Below are positions 1 to 11,540 of a stretch of 62,000 nucleotides of DNA, one piece after another. The stretch comes from Chiloscyllium plagiosum (lineage: Eukaryota). The position numbers were made by a program, and so were the translations under genes. The stretch lies in the NCBI RefSeq assembly GCF_004010195.1, contig NC_057719.1, forward strand, positions 84,797,012-84,859,011, in the 5' to 3' direction. How positions within the stretch are numbered: position 1 is the stretch's first letter; every line of letters begins with the position of its first letter. The notes beneath the pieces are model-generated. The model saw only the letters and a list, made by a program, of their open reading frames with translations. It ran no database searches and had not been told where the DNA came from.

Positions 1-261
1 TAACACAGAATTTATAGCAATAATTTGCAGTGTGATGTGTGAAAGGCTTAACAGACAATCAATTCTTCAATGTATAATTTCAGTTACATCACACTGCAAA
101 TTTTTGCTATAAATTCTGTGTTACGATCGAACCCTCCACAATCACCTGATGAAGGAGCGTCGCTCCGAAAGCTAGTGTGCTTCCAATTAAACCTGTTGGA
201 CTATAACCTGGTGTTGTGTGATTTTTAACTTTGTACACCCCAGTCCAACACCGGCATCTCC
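1..261 (+). mobile_element. Penelope-like terminal repeat (family B), with a partial inverted copy at 1-38 versus 86-123
   Basis: Same family as 18640-18780, 32551-32757 and 45547-45660; contains a hammerhead core. Confidence 0.75.
143..177 (+). ncRNA. Minimal type-I hammerhead ribozyme motif
   Basis: CAC-CUGAUGA-A-GGAGC-GUC-GCUCC-GAAA-GCUA-GUG: intact core boxes, 5-bp stem II, palindromic AGCU stem III, CAC/GUG stem I. Confidence 0.72.
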
Positions 262-679
262 GATTCATTTAATCCTGTTTTTTTTAAAAAAAACTTAGAA
301 AAAAGTAAGCAGAAAACATCACTTCTACACTAAATTCCCATGTTGCCACCAAATTAACTAAACTATATACCACTCGGGCAGTGTCTCATTCTGGATGTGA
401 ACATCCTTCCTGACCATGTAAACTTACTGATAGTGCACTTTCAACAGGCCCTTTAAATGTGCAGTTGCCTCCTAAATCTATATTCATCTTTCCCTGTACT
501 TCATGTTTGAATCCCTCCAACCAGAAGCAAATGGCTTTTCTTAAAAATCAGAGTCACAAATTACGTTATATGTGACCGTGACAAAGGTGAACTTTCTTCC
601 TTGAAAACACCAAATACTAGAGATCACAGCAGGCCAGACATGGAAGGGACATCACACCACAAATTAGAGGAACAGTATC

Positions 680-1484
680 TCCACCCAGTCTTCTGTGGCT
701 ATCCCTATTTCAAACAAGTGTGCTTTTTGGAAAACATAGGGGGTGATGGAATCTTGGAAGTGTAGCACCAACGGTCAAGTTTCTGGTATCAAGGCAGGCT
801 CTGATGTAATGAGGGGTACGTCAGGTTCCAAGCAATCAATCGTGATAGGGGACACTCTAGCCAAAGGTACAGACAGATGTTTCTGTGGCCAGCAATGGAA
901 AATCAAAATGATGTGTTGCTTCTCTGCTGCCAGGACGTAGGATGTCTCCGAGAGGGTGAAGAATGTTCTCAAAGGGGAGAGGGACCAGCGGCATAGGAAG
1001 GGAAAAGAATGAGATTTTGAAAAGAGAATATAGAAAGCCATGAATTGAAAAAGGAAATCCTCGAGGTAGTAATATCTGGATTACTCCCGGTGCTTCAAGC
1101 TAGTAAGGGTAGGAATAAGAGGATAGAAAAAAATGGATGAGGAGCTGGTGCATGGGAGATGAAATCATACTTTTGGATCATTGGGATCTCTTCTGGGTTT
1201 GAAGTGACCTGTACAAGAAGGATGGATTGCACCTGAATTGGAAGGGGGCTAATATGCTAGTAGGAGAAAGTGCTAATATGCTAGTAGCCAGATTTGCTGG
1301 AGCTGCTTGGAAGGATTTAAGCTCATAAGATGGGGGTGTGGGTGTAGGGGGTGCAGGGAGATAGTAAGAAAAGAAATCAATCGGAGACTAGTACAGTTGG
1401 GAAAAGGAGAGAGTCAAACAGCCAGGGCAGGCAGGGACAAAGCAGAGAACAAGGTAGAACTGATAAATTAAACTGCATTTACTT
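680..1484 (+). mobile_element. CR1 LINE fragment: degenerate ORF1 (esterase-like) up to the start of ORF2
   Basis: IVIGDTL..GTDRCFCG and VISGLLP-like remnants; homologous to 25200-26250. Confidence 0.75.
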
Positions 1485-1911
1485 AGAGTCATAAAGTCAG
1501 AGAGATGTACAGCACAGAAACAGACCTTTTGGTCCAACTCATCCATGCCAACCAAATATCCCAACTCAATCTAGTCCCACCTGCCAGCACCCGGTCCATG
1601 TCCCTCCAAACCTTTCCTATTCATATACGCATCTAGATGCCTTTAAAATGTTGCAATTGTACTAGCCTCCACCACCACCTCTGGCAGCTCATTCCATATA
1701 CGTACCACCCTCCGTATACGTGAAAAAGTTGCCACTTAGGTCTCTTTCCCCTCTCACCCTAAACCTGTGCCTCTAGTTCTGGACTCCCCCACCTCGGGAG
1801 AAAGACTTTCTCTATTTATCCTTTCTATGTCCCTCATGATTTTATAAACCTCTCTAAGGTCACCCCTCAGCCTCCAACGCTTCACCACCCTCTGTCTTCT
1901 ACCTTTGAGCC
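1485..1911 (-). mobile_element. CR1 LINE 3' end, reverse orientation, internally deleted
   Basis: Minus-strand RLRGDLREVYKIM motif and reverse-complemented CR1 tail (gctgtacatctct...gactcta). Confidence 0.85.
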
Positions 1912-2915
1912 AGAAGACAGAGGCTAGTGGTGGAGGGTTGTTTTTCAGACTGGAGACCTGTGACCAGTGGAGTGCCACAACTTCTCATCACTTATATAAA
2001 TGATTTGGATATGAGCAGTGGTTCGTAAGTTTGCAGATGACACCAAAATTGGAGGTGTACTGGACAGCAAAGAAGGTTACCTCAGATTACGACGGGATCT
2101 TGATAGATGGACCACTGAGCTGAGGAGTGGCAGATGGAGTTTAATTTTCATAAATGCGAGGTGCTGCATTTTGGGAAAGCAAATCTTAGCAGGACTTATA
2201 CACTTAATAGTAAAGTGCTTGGAGTTCAGGTTCATAGTTCCTTGAAAGTTGAGTCGTAGGTAGATAGGTTAGTAAAGAAGGCGTTTGGTATGCTTTCCTT
2301 TATTGGTCAGAGTATTGTGTATAGGAGTTGGGATGTCATGTCACAGCTGTACGGGACATTGGTTAGGCCACTGTTGGAATACTGCATGCGGTTCTGGTCT
2401 CCTTCTTATCGGAAGGATGTTGTGAAACTTGAAAGGGTTCAAGGAGATTTGCAAGGATGTTGCCAGGGTTAGAGGATTTGAGCTATCGGAAGAGGCTGAG
2501 TAGAACATGGAACATGATAGGCTGGGGCTATTTTCCCTGGAGCACCGGAGGCTGAGGGGTGACCTTAGAGAGGTTGATAAAATCATGAGGAACATGGATA
2601 GAATAAAAAGACAATGTCTTTTCCCTGGGGCAGGTGAGCCCAGAACTAGAGGGCATAGGTTTAGGGTGAGAGAGGAAATATAAAAGGATCCTAAGGTAGG
2701 TGTGTGTATAGAATGAACTGCCAGAGGAAGTGGTGGAGGCTGGTACAATTACAGCATTTAAAAGGTATCTGGATGGGTATATGAATAGGAAGGATTTAGA
2801 GGGATATGGGCCAAGTGTTAGCAAATGGGACTAGATTAGGTTAGGATAACTGGAGGGCATGGACAAGTTGGACGGAAGGGCCTGTTTCTGTGCTGTACAT
2901 CTCTATGACTCTGTG
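1912..2915 (+). mobile_element. CR1 LINE 3' portion (RT C-terminus plus tail)
   Basis: KFADDTKIGGV and LYGTLVRPLLEYC..FWSP motifs; tail ctctatgactct. Confidence 0.9.
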
Positions 2916-2932
2916 ACAAGAAACAAATTTTA

Positions 2933-3181
2933 AAGTTTTGAGTCATTGGAACTTTTTGAAGCAGACTCATAACTAGTTTCTCCTTACGTATAATTTCAAT
3001 GGGAGGATGCAAAAAAAAAGAGAAATGCTGAAATTAAGGTTGTACTAATACTTGGGAAGTTTTGAGTCATTGGAACTTTTTGAAGCAGACTCATAACTAG
3101 TTTCTCCTTACGTATAATTTCAATGGGAGGATGCAAAAAAAAAAGAGAAATGCTGAAATTAAGGTTGTACTAATACTTGGG
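2933..3181. repeat. Tandem duplication, 124/125-bp unit
   Basis: 2933-3056 and 3057-3181 are identical except for an A9 versus A10 run. Confidence 0.95.
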
Positions 3182-4298
3182 TTGAAAAAGGAAAGTTTCA
3201 ATGTAAATTGTGCCATGCTGAGAGTGTTTGATGTTTTAAAAAATTTGGTTTGTTAAAGTACTGGTTTGAAAAATCCTTTCAAGTAACTGTTTTGTCTTGT
3301 TTGAATTAGGATCGCAATTCAGTGTGTTTTGTGGGCTATGTAATAGGGCAGATTTTGTTTTTAGATTGCAATTGTACAATATTATGTCCTTTTCAAAATT
3401 ATTAAACTTGTAACCTTAAAACAAATTGATTGAATGCCTTGAGCCCCTGATTTGTTTGAAATTCTGCAATGCCTGTTTTTTTAAAAAAAAAAGTTGGGTC
3501 AGTGCTCATGCTTTAACCGGATGAGAGTATTGTGTTCACAAAAAGAAGGCATTTTTAGTTTGATGTCTTGTTAAGATTTTAGAGAATATTAGAACTTAAT
3601 GCTGAGCTGTTTCAGTTCTGTTAACTTCATTGGCCCCTTTCATATTGCAAATTCAAAGAATGTTGATCTCTACCAAAGTTGCCACTGTGATTCCGACTGT
3701 TTTATTTGGGAAGTTTCATTTGGAGAGCATAGTTTAAAATATTCTGCATTTGTTTGCCATGAATATTTGAGATTTAAATCTGAACTGAAACTGCTTCTTC
3801 AATTGCTAAAGCACGGGAAACATTTTGTTGTTTTCTTGCTATTCCAGACTTTTGAAATACTTTTCCTGACAGCTTTCTCATTAGCCAAGTATTAATTTGT
3901 TAAAGGAAAGTAATTTTTGAATAAACCGAATGGAATACCCAAGGGTTTGATTTTAGGACCGTTGATTGTTGTTTATAATTGCGTTGTTTAGGCAGTACAA
4001 TTTAGAAGTTTATGGATTGTATAAAACTTGAAAATGTCATAAATAGTGAACAGAATAAAAGAATTCAAGATGACTGAGAATGTTGAAATAGGCAGACACA
4101 ATTTAGTGTAGTTAAATGTGTGATTGTCTTCATACTGATAACCACCTTGGTAAGGAAGGAATGAGAGAGGAAATGCAAAAATACTTTCAGCAGCTAACAT
4201 CGTCTCTAGAGTTTCTCGGTTCACCGGTAAAGGGTGCCTTTGGACCACTGCCCACCCCTCCACAACCTGATCCAATGGATTCAGTCAGCTTCCCAGTT

Positions 4299-4621
4299 GT
4301 GAGTATGAAAAGTGAAGAAGCTAACAACAGTGAAGAGGAGGTCTGTACGCTTTTTGACAGTGGCCTTCCTATAGACATTAAACCACACGAGCTTTACCTT
4401 GTCTTTCGATCATTTAAGGGATATGAAGGTTCACTGATTAAGCTAACAACAAAACAGCCAGTTGGCTTTATTACATTTAACAGCAGAGCGGAGCAGAAGC
4501 AGCAAAGAATGCTGCGTTCACCTAGCCTGCAATTGCAGCTGCTGCGCTGCACGTTCAGATGCGCTGGTATCCTTCATCTGAAACAACCCTGGAAGGAAGA
4601 ATGTCTTGTCAGTTTTGTTAA
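4299..4621 (+). pseudogene. RBPMS2: Processed (intronless) RBPMS2/RBPMS-family pseudogene with an internal deletion; UTR-like flanks probably extend ~4200-4900
   Basis: [53 protein letters not shown] matches the RBPMS RRM across several parental exon junctions. After a frameshift at ~4489 it reads [42 protein letters not shown]. The Ala run and WYPSS favour RBPMS2. In-frame TAG at 4523-4525. Confidence 0.88.
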
Positions 4622-5486
4622 GTATTTAACTGCCTTTATCCAAGGGCTCAGATTTCTCTGTGGAGTGATGCGCAAGGGCAGACTGTATTTTTGGACTTTA
4701 CTAAAGGAGATTTTGGAGAGCTGACTCATTTCTACTCGACTTGGAGGGGATGGAATGGTTACTAAGGATGTGGATTTAAGAACTTTATTAGTGAATTTTT
4801 TTCCACGTGGGAGGATTCTTCAAATTCTATTTGCTGTAAAAAGACTATTAATTTTTGTTATTACAATCACTGCATGTTGTGTATTAATAACTTAAATACT
4901 GGCTGTCAGAGTCTTTAGAAAGCTGGTAATGCCATTGGTTATCATGAAATGATAAATGGAGGGAATGAGAATGTGTACAGGGTATGAGCAGGTAGGCAAA
5001 GAGTTGAATTTTGAGTTTTGTTAAACAAGAGGTTCAGCTGAGCATGGCTCAGATCAGATAAGAACTTGTACTTAATAATGGGGTGCTGGAGGCAAGGGTA
5101 ATGGGTTAACAAGGTGGAAAAGCATTCACTATGTAGAGCCATTTAACAATATTGGAAGCATCCAGTATGTAAAGTCAGTTAACAAGGTGAAAAGTATTAT
5201 GTGAAGCTAGTTAACAAGGTTAAGAACATTCATTGTGTAGCAGCAGATGGCTTAATCTTTACTATTGGCATTCACTGTTTGTAACAGTCACCCAATTAAT
5301 ATGTATGTTGCTCTGTCTGGATGTGTAAGTGACTTATATAATCATTAAGAACCTGCTGTTCCAAAGAAAACGGCAAACTCATGTCTCTCTGCACATGGGC
5401 AATCATTTTCTCTCCCTCAAGGACCTGGAATAAAGATAAATACTGTCTCTGAGCGTTTTGCTTCAACTGAGGCGGGAACGGGATAA

Positions 5487-5574
5487 CACACACACAGTTG
5501 CCAGAGGCTGAAATCAAACCCGGCTCCTTGGCACTGTGAGGCAGCAGTGCTAACCACTGAGCCACTGCCGCCCA
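5487..5574 (-). mobile_element. HE1-like SINE 5' (tRNA-derived) fragment
   Basis: Reverse complement of gggcggcagtggctcagtggttagcactgctgcctcacag. Confidence 0.8.
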
Positions 5575-5767
5575 AAAAGCATAGAGCAACATCCCTTCCT
5601 TTTAATAGACATAGTAGGAAATTTCTCCATTCATTTTAGGAGAAACACAGCTTAGGAAGAACACAAAGGGACAGCTTGGATGACTTACAAGATTGTTTTG
5701 ACTGAAAGTGAGCCAGGCACTCCTTACGGTTCTTTTGACCCCATCATAACCACCAGTCTTCAAAGAA

Positions 5768-5895
5768 TTAGATTAGATTAGATTAGATTACTTAGTGTGG
5801 AAACAGGCCCTTCGGCCCAACAAGTCCACACCGATCCGCCGAAGCACAACCCACCCAGACCCATTCCCCTACATTTACCCCTTCACCTAATACTA
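5768..5895 (-). mobile_element. HE1-like SINE 3' fragment with (TCTAA)n tail
   Basis: (TTAGA)n followed by gtggaaacaggcccttcggcccaacaagtccacac. Confidence 0.85.
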
Positions 5896-6016
5896 TGTTG
5901 AACACGATCAGAGAACGGTTGAACAATACCAAGCGCTGAATCTTACAATATTTCGACAACTTGTTATTTTAGCTTTCCATTTATATGTTGCGGTTTCCTT
6001 GGGTTGGTAATGTCAA

Positions 6017-6283
6017 TTAGATTAGATTACTTACAGTGTGGAAACAGGCCCTTTGGCCCAACATGTCCACACCGAAGCGCAACCCACCCAGACCCATTCC
6101 CCTACATTTACCCCTTCACCTAACACTACGGGCAATGTAGCACGGCCAATTCACCTAACCTGCACATTTTTGGACTGTGGGAGGAAACCGGAGCACCCGG
6201 AGGAAACCCATGCAGACACTGAGAATGTGCAAACTCCACACAGTCAGTCGCCTGAGGCGGGAATTGAACCCGGGTCTCTGGCA
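6017..6283 (-). mobile_element. HE1-like SINE, 5'-truncated, carrying 44 bp of foreign flank
   Basis: V-domain ggaaaccggagcacccggaggaaaccc and TTAGA tail. Confidence 0.9.
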
Positions 6284-7506
6284 TGGTTTTTTAAAAATAA
6301 TCCTGAGAAACTAAGCAGATCCATAGTTTTTCTCCTTTGTTGGAATTAGATGACTATTCATGTAGAAATAACTGGAATATATAACTGGTTTTTAAACTTG
6401 GATGAACTGTATAACATAAAAGTAGGTAATTCAGCTCATTGTGCTAGTGCCATCCAAATTAGTACAGTTCCCATTTCCTGTAGCCCTGTAAATTTTGTTC
6501 CACGGAAGAAGTTTTTGGTATCCTTTTTGTTATTATTGATTCTGCTTCCATTGTCCTTTCGGGCAGAGCATTCCCAATAATAACACCAGCTACTTTTTTT
6601 TTCAAAAAAGTAGAATTTCCCCTATTACTCTTTTGCTGATTACTTTCAATTAGTGTCCTCTGATTAACACTCCTCCTGTTGGTAGAAATAGTTTCTTGCT
6701 TATGTACTCTATCAAAATTCCTCATCATTTTGAATACCTTCATTAAATCTCGCATTAGCCTTTACTGACATCACAGTTGCTCCATTTAATTTGTTTTTCA
6801 TATTGTAACTGTTTCAGAAACCTTTCTGAATTTAAATAATAAAATACTAATAAAATACAAATGTAACATAAACTTTAAAGTAATTCTGAGAATCATTAAT
6901 GATTCTGTATTAAATTGTTTTCTCTCTACAAAATAAGTTTTGTTCCTCTTACTTAAGAGTTTGCTGTTGAATTCAGTTTTTGTGATATTTGTCTTTGATC
7001 CAAAATGCATTGTGAACACAAAAATGAACAATTCTGATACTTGGAAATGTTTTTAAGATCATGAACATAGCAAACCTCTGGTTGGCAGCAGACCAAAGAA
7101 CATGATGTGTCCCAAACTGACAGCTCTTGAAAATAAATAAATTCTTGTTTGAGATCAGTGATAAATTGTTCTGACGCTAGCATATTTCGTAAATGTACAT
7201 TGACATAAATGAAGTGGGCTAAGTACATTGAAGGGCAGGAAATTATTTCCAGAATGAGTATTTTATTAGATGCCAATATTGAGCTCCTGAAAACTTGAAA
7301 ATATAATTCTTGTTCCTGGATTTAATAATCTTAAATGTGCCATTGTCAAGTAACATTTAATGAGGTTGGCAGAGTTTGCGGGCCTTTGTATTTAGAAAGG
7401 AAATGCATAGTTTTTATTAACATTTTGTTGTAAGCTTTGAGGCTAAATTTCATTGTCTTTGCATATTGCATATCTGCTGCCCTGTTACAATTTTGTTTAT
7501 TTTTAG

Positions 7507-7746
<240 letters not shown>

Positions 7747-8899
7747 TGAAGTGGAGTCTGACAAGTTGTTTAAGAAGTGCTTCCTTAACGGTGCATGCGT
7801 ATCATAACATAACAATATTTTACCCTTTAATGAAGTATCCCTACCTGACTATATCTTCTGCCATTTTGTTCAGATCAAACTGTTACAATTTCTCCTGGGA
7901 ATTCCTCCTTTAACCTTGTTCTAGAGTTCTGCCTCTCATTTAAAGTTTTTGGTGTGTACTATGCAGCCAAGCATCACTCCAGACTTCTCACAAATTGTCT
8001 CTGTTTTCTTCCCCCCTCTCTCTGCATTGGCAACTTCTCACCGTTCTCCAATTTCAGCCTCCTTCCAGCTTCTAATGTTTCCTTCCCTGAGTTTACTATC
8101 TCCTTCCACCCCACTCCCATCTCTCCTTCCGTGTAAGCTTTCTTGCCTACGTCTGCAACCAACTCTTCAGCTTGTCTCATTATCCATATTGTTACTGTTA
8201 ATGATAAGCTGTTCTTTAATCATTTCCTTATCTCTTTCAATCCACATTACTGTTTGTGTACTGTTACCACTTAGTGTCCAAAGATTCATTTCGGCCCCCT
8301 CCTATTTTTCATCTACAAACTGCCCCTAAGCAACACCATCTGAAGCCTTGGTATAATTTTCAAAGTATGTTGTCAACACCCAGTTCTATCTTACCAACAC
8401 CTGTCTCAACTCCTTCACTATTGGTAAATTATCAGGCAGCTTATCAAAATCCTATTTGGATGAGCAGATATTTCCTCCATTTAAATATTATGTGAACTGA
8501 TGCCATTACCTTCAATTACCACTCCAAAATCTGTTCTTCAGGAATCAATTCTAGCCTCTCCTGGGCAACAATCTACAAATGAGCCAGTCTGTTTGCAACT
8601 TTGGTGTTTCACTTGATCATGAGATGAGCTTCCAACTTCACGCTCATGTCATCTGAGATCCTCAGTTTCCACCTTTGTATAGTTGCTTATTGATTTAAAA
8701 CATGGAAGCAAACTTAACATCAATGTTTACTAAACTGTGCTAAAATATTTACTATCAAGCAAATCGTCAAAGGACTTCATACAGACAGTAATGATCATTG
8801 CTAGAAGTCAAAGACATGTTGATGTTCTAACTTTTAAAGAATTACTAACTTTTATAGAATTAGTCCAATGCATCGAAAGTTGTTTTGAAGGTTATAACA

Positions 8900-9420
8900 A
8901 ATTTGTTAGGAAGGCACACAACTACATCAGAGATGACCAGTTTGGATTTCAAGGAGGAAGCGAGTAAAGCAGTTGGCATGATGAGATTAATGAGTGATAT
9001 TTGATCAGGGGTTTGGACAGGAACTGTAGGTTGTTTTGCTGCGATGTGACAGTTGTGTTCCTCTGCAACCTCACCCTATACAAAATCGTGCAGTAGAAGA
9101 TCGCTATACGTGTTCAGCAGAAGGTTCGTATTATTCAAACAGCGTCCACAATCCATCAATTGCGTTATAACCAATGTGTGTTGGCAAAACATGTGTTATA
9201 TCAGAACGATCTATATGTGCTTGTTTTGTAGATTTTGAGAAAGCATTTCATCAGGTTGACTGAATTTAGCTGTTAACAGTGCTGAAATATATTGGAGTAG
9301 ACTGGGGAGATGGATGACTTAGAATAAATCTGTACATGGGTCACAGCAAAAATGGGACAAAACTTTGTCTAATTGGAAAAGGAGGTTTGTGCCTTCAAAA
9401 TTAGAAATGTTCATTGCCTG
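8900..9420 (+). mobile_element. Degenerate RTE-like LINE RT remnant (may extend to ~10150)
   Basis: DDQFGF and CFVDFEKAFHQVD motifs. Confidence 0.6.
9025..9214. mobile_element. Degenerate Tc1/mariner (Tigger-like) MITE inserted in the RTE remnant
   Basis: Decayed terminal inverted repeats (taggttgttttgctgcgatgtg / tgtgttatatcagaacgatcta); the RTE frame resumes after it. Confidence 0.45.
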
Positions 9421-10896
9421 TGCAAAGGCAGTGATAACTTGAAGAGTCATACTCTGGTGTTATGGTGTATCATAATATCAGTTAGAATTACGGATGATAA
9501 GCACTTGTAGCAAGCACAGAAGGAAGACTACAAAAGCTAATACAGCGATGATACCATGGGGGAAAAGCGAATGACGGCAAAACCAACATATCTCAAAATC
9601 ACCAAGAAATATGCAGCTATGAAATGAAAAAGAATTAGAAGGAATCATAAGATTTGCAGGTAGAAGGCACAACAAAGAAATAAGAACAAGGAGAACAATG
9701 GGAAAAAACATATTTGATTAGAAGTGATAGTTGTGAACTGGAAAGCTGAATGAACAACTGAAAAAGTGACTTGTCGTGAGCTTGATTTGTGAGACATGGG
9801 CTTTCTGAAAGGGGGAGACCAACTTGGTAAAGACCTTTTAAAATATTGGTTTCAAAGAATCTGCTGGACTTAAAAAGTAGCAAAAGCTCTTGGTGTGTGT
9901 GTGGGGGGTGGGGGGGGGGGGGGGGGAGTGAATGTACAAAGAAATTTGTTGGAATATAATTAGGAAAATGCAGAGAGACTGGTTCTGACACATTGCAAGA
10001 GACATTATGAAGAATAGCGTTCAAAGAAATAGAAGAAGGAAGATAAAATTGAAGCTGGATGGCTTAGAAATTGAACAAAGGATTTGGCAAATGAAAGAAG
10101 TGACACTAGATAGAGATCCATAGAAAGATTACTGTAAGCCAAGGACTTGTCTTTGGCTCGAACATACATGAAGACAATTATCATCCTTCAACTTCACTCA
10201 GCTCAGTTCATCTGCCTTTGTGACTGTTCCAATGCACTGATCTTCCATGTTCTCACCTTCATAAACTTGAGGTCATCCAAAAAGTGGCCTGTGTCCTAAC
10301 TCAAGCAAGTCCTATTCCTGTACCATATCTGGTTTGTTGACTTGCATTGGCAGATGTGAGATTATCCATTTTGGACCTTAAGAGGAAGCAAGGTGTCTTC
10401 CAAATGATGAAAAGGCCTGAAATGTCTAAAGAGATCTAGGTATAATATATACATGAATACAATAACATATAAAGGCACAGAAAATAAAACTATTCCGATG
10501 CTAATCTTTATCTCTAAAAGACTGGATATTTTCTAATCACCCTATTCAGGGATTTTATTACACGTCTCTGGAGCAGATGAGAGTTGAACTTGGGCTTCCT
10601 GGACCAGAAGTAGGGGAATGCCACTGTACTACAAGAACCCTCAAGTCATTCTTCAACCAAAAATGCCTTAGTTAGCTATACTGGTTACAATTACCAATCC
10701 TTGCTTCATGCCTCTGGAAGGATATATTGGCTTTGATGTCAATTCAGTGAAATAATTGCTGAACTCCGAGTTAAACGACAAGGAGAATTAACAACAAAAC
10801 AGGATAATAACAAAGGATATTGAAATATTAAAAATTTTATGGAAGGTCACTGACCTGCAATATTAATTCTGTGTTTCTTGCCATAAATAGTGTTTG

Positions 10897-11229
10897 GTAG
10901 ACAAACATGAGGCTGGAAGAACACAGCAAGCCAGGCAGTATCAGGCGGTTGAGAAGTCAACATGTTGAGTGTAACCCTTCAAGGGTTCTTCCTGCCTCCT
11001 GCTTTTCTACTTTGAATTCCAGCATCTGCAGTTTCTTTTTGTCTGTAACTTAGTTTGTACCACTGTGAAGTCTCTTCAAAGGATGCCCACATTGAAGAAG
11101 TTCTTTGCCAGTCCTGAAGAAGGATTACACTTGAAACATTGACTTCGCCACCTCCTGACTTGCTGTATTCTTCAACCTCCTGCTTGTCTACCTTGGATTC
11201 CAGCATCTGCTGGTTTATTTTGTCTCTAA
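10897..11229. mobile_element. Penelope-like repeat cassette (inverted plus direct terminal repeats) nested in an older PLE-like repeat
   Basis: TSD ccataaatagtgtttg (10881-10896) / ccataaatggtgcttg (11230-11245); hammerhead-like CTGAAGA..GAAA at 11114-11136. Confidence 0.7.
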
Positions 11230-11404
11230 CCATAAATGGTGCTTGAACTGCTGAATATTTCAGGTATTTTTGCTTTTAGTTCAAATTTCCAGCATCAACC
11301 CTTTTTTTTAAACTTGTGTTGTATTCAAAATGTACAACATGAGTCACTTGATCAAATATTTCAGGATGCTATGGGAAATAGATAGAGGAAAACTATTTCT
11401 AAAA

Positions 11405-11540
11405 CAAACCAAAAGAACTGTAGATGCTGGAAATCAGAAACAGTAACAGAAATTGCTAGAAAAACTCAACAGGTCTGGCAGCATCTGTGGAGAGAAATCA
11501 GAGTTAACAGTTCAGATGAAATGACCCTTCTTCAGAAACT
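11405..11540 (-). mobile_element. Older Penelope-like terminal repeat
   Basis: gatgctggaaatc...caggtctggcagcatc...gacccttcttcag, a degenerate minus-strand CTGAAGA core. Confidence 0.6.

Noticed and set aside
4116..4724. 202-aa ORF as a functional novel gene
   Set aside because: Only the middle matches RBPMS2. The RRM is incomplete and has a damaged RNP2, and the C-terminal part is out of frame. Best explained as a pseudogene with a chance open frame.
5768..5790. (TTAGA)n as a telomere-like or CRISPR-like repeat
   Set aside because: It is the HE1 SINE tail. There is no repeat-spacer array anywhere in the window.
9903..9927. G-runs as functional G-quadruplexes (also 16425-16446 and poly-C at 43164-43191)
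   Set aside because: Simple low-complexity tracts inside decayed repeats, with no evidence of function.
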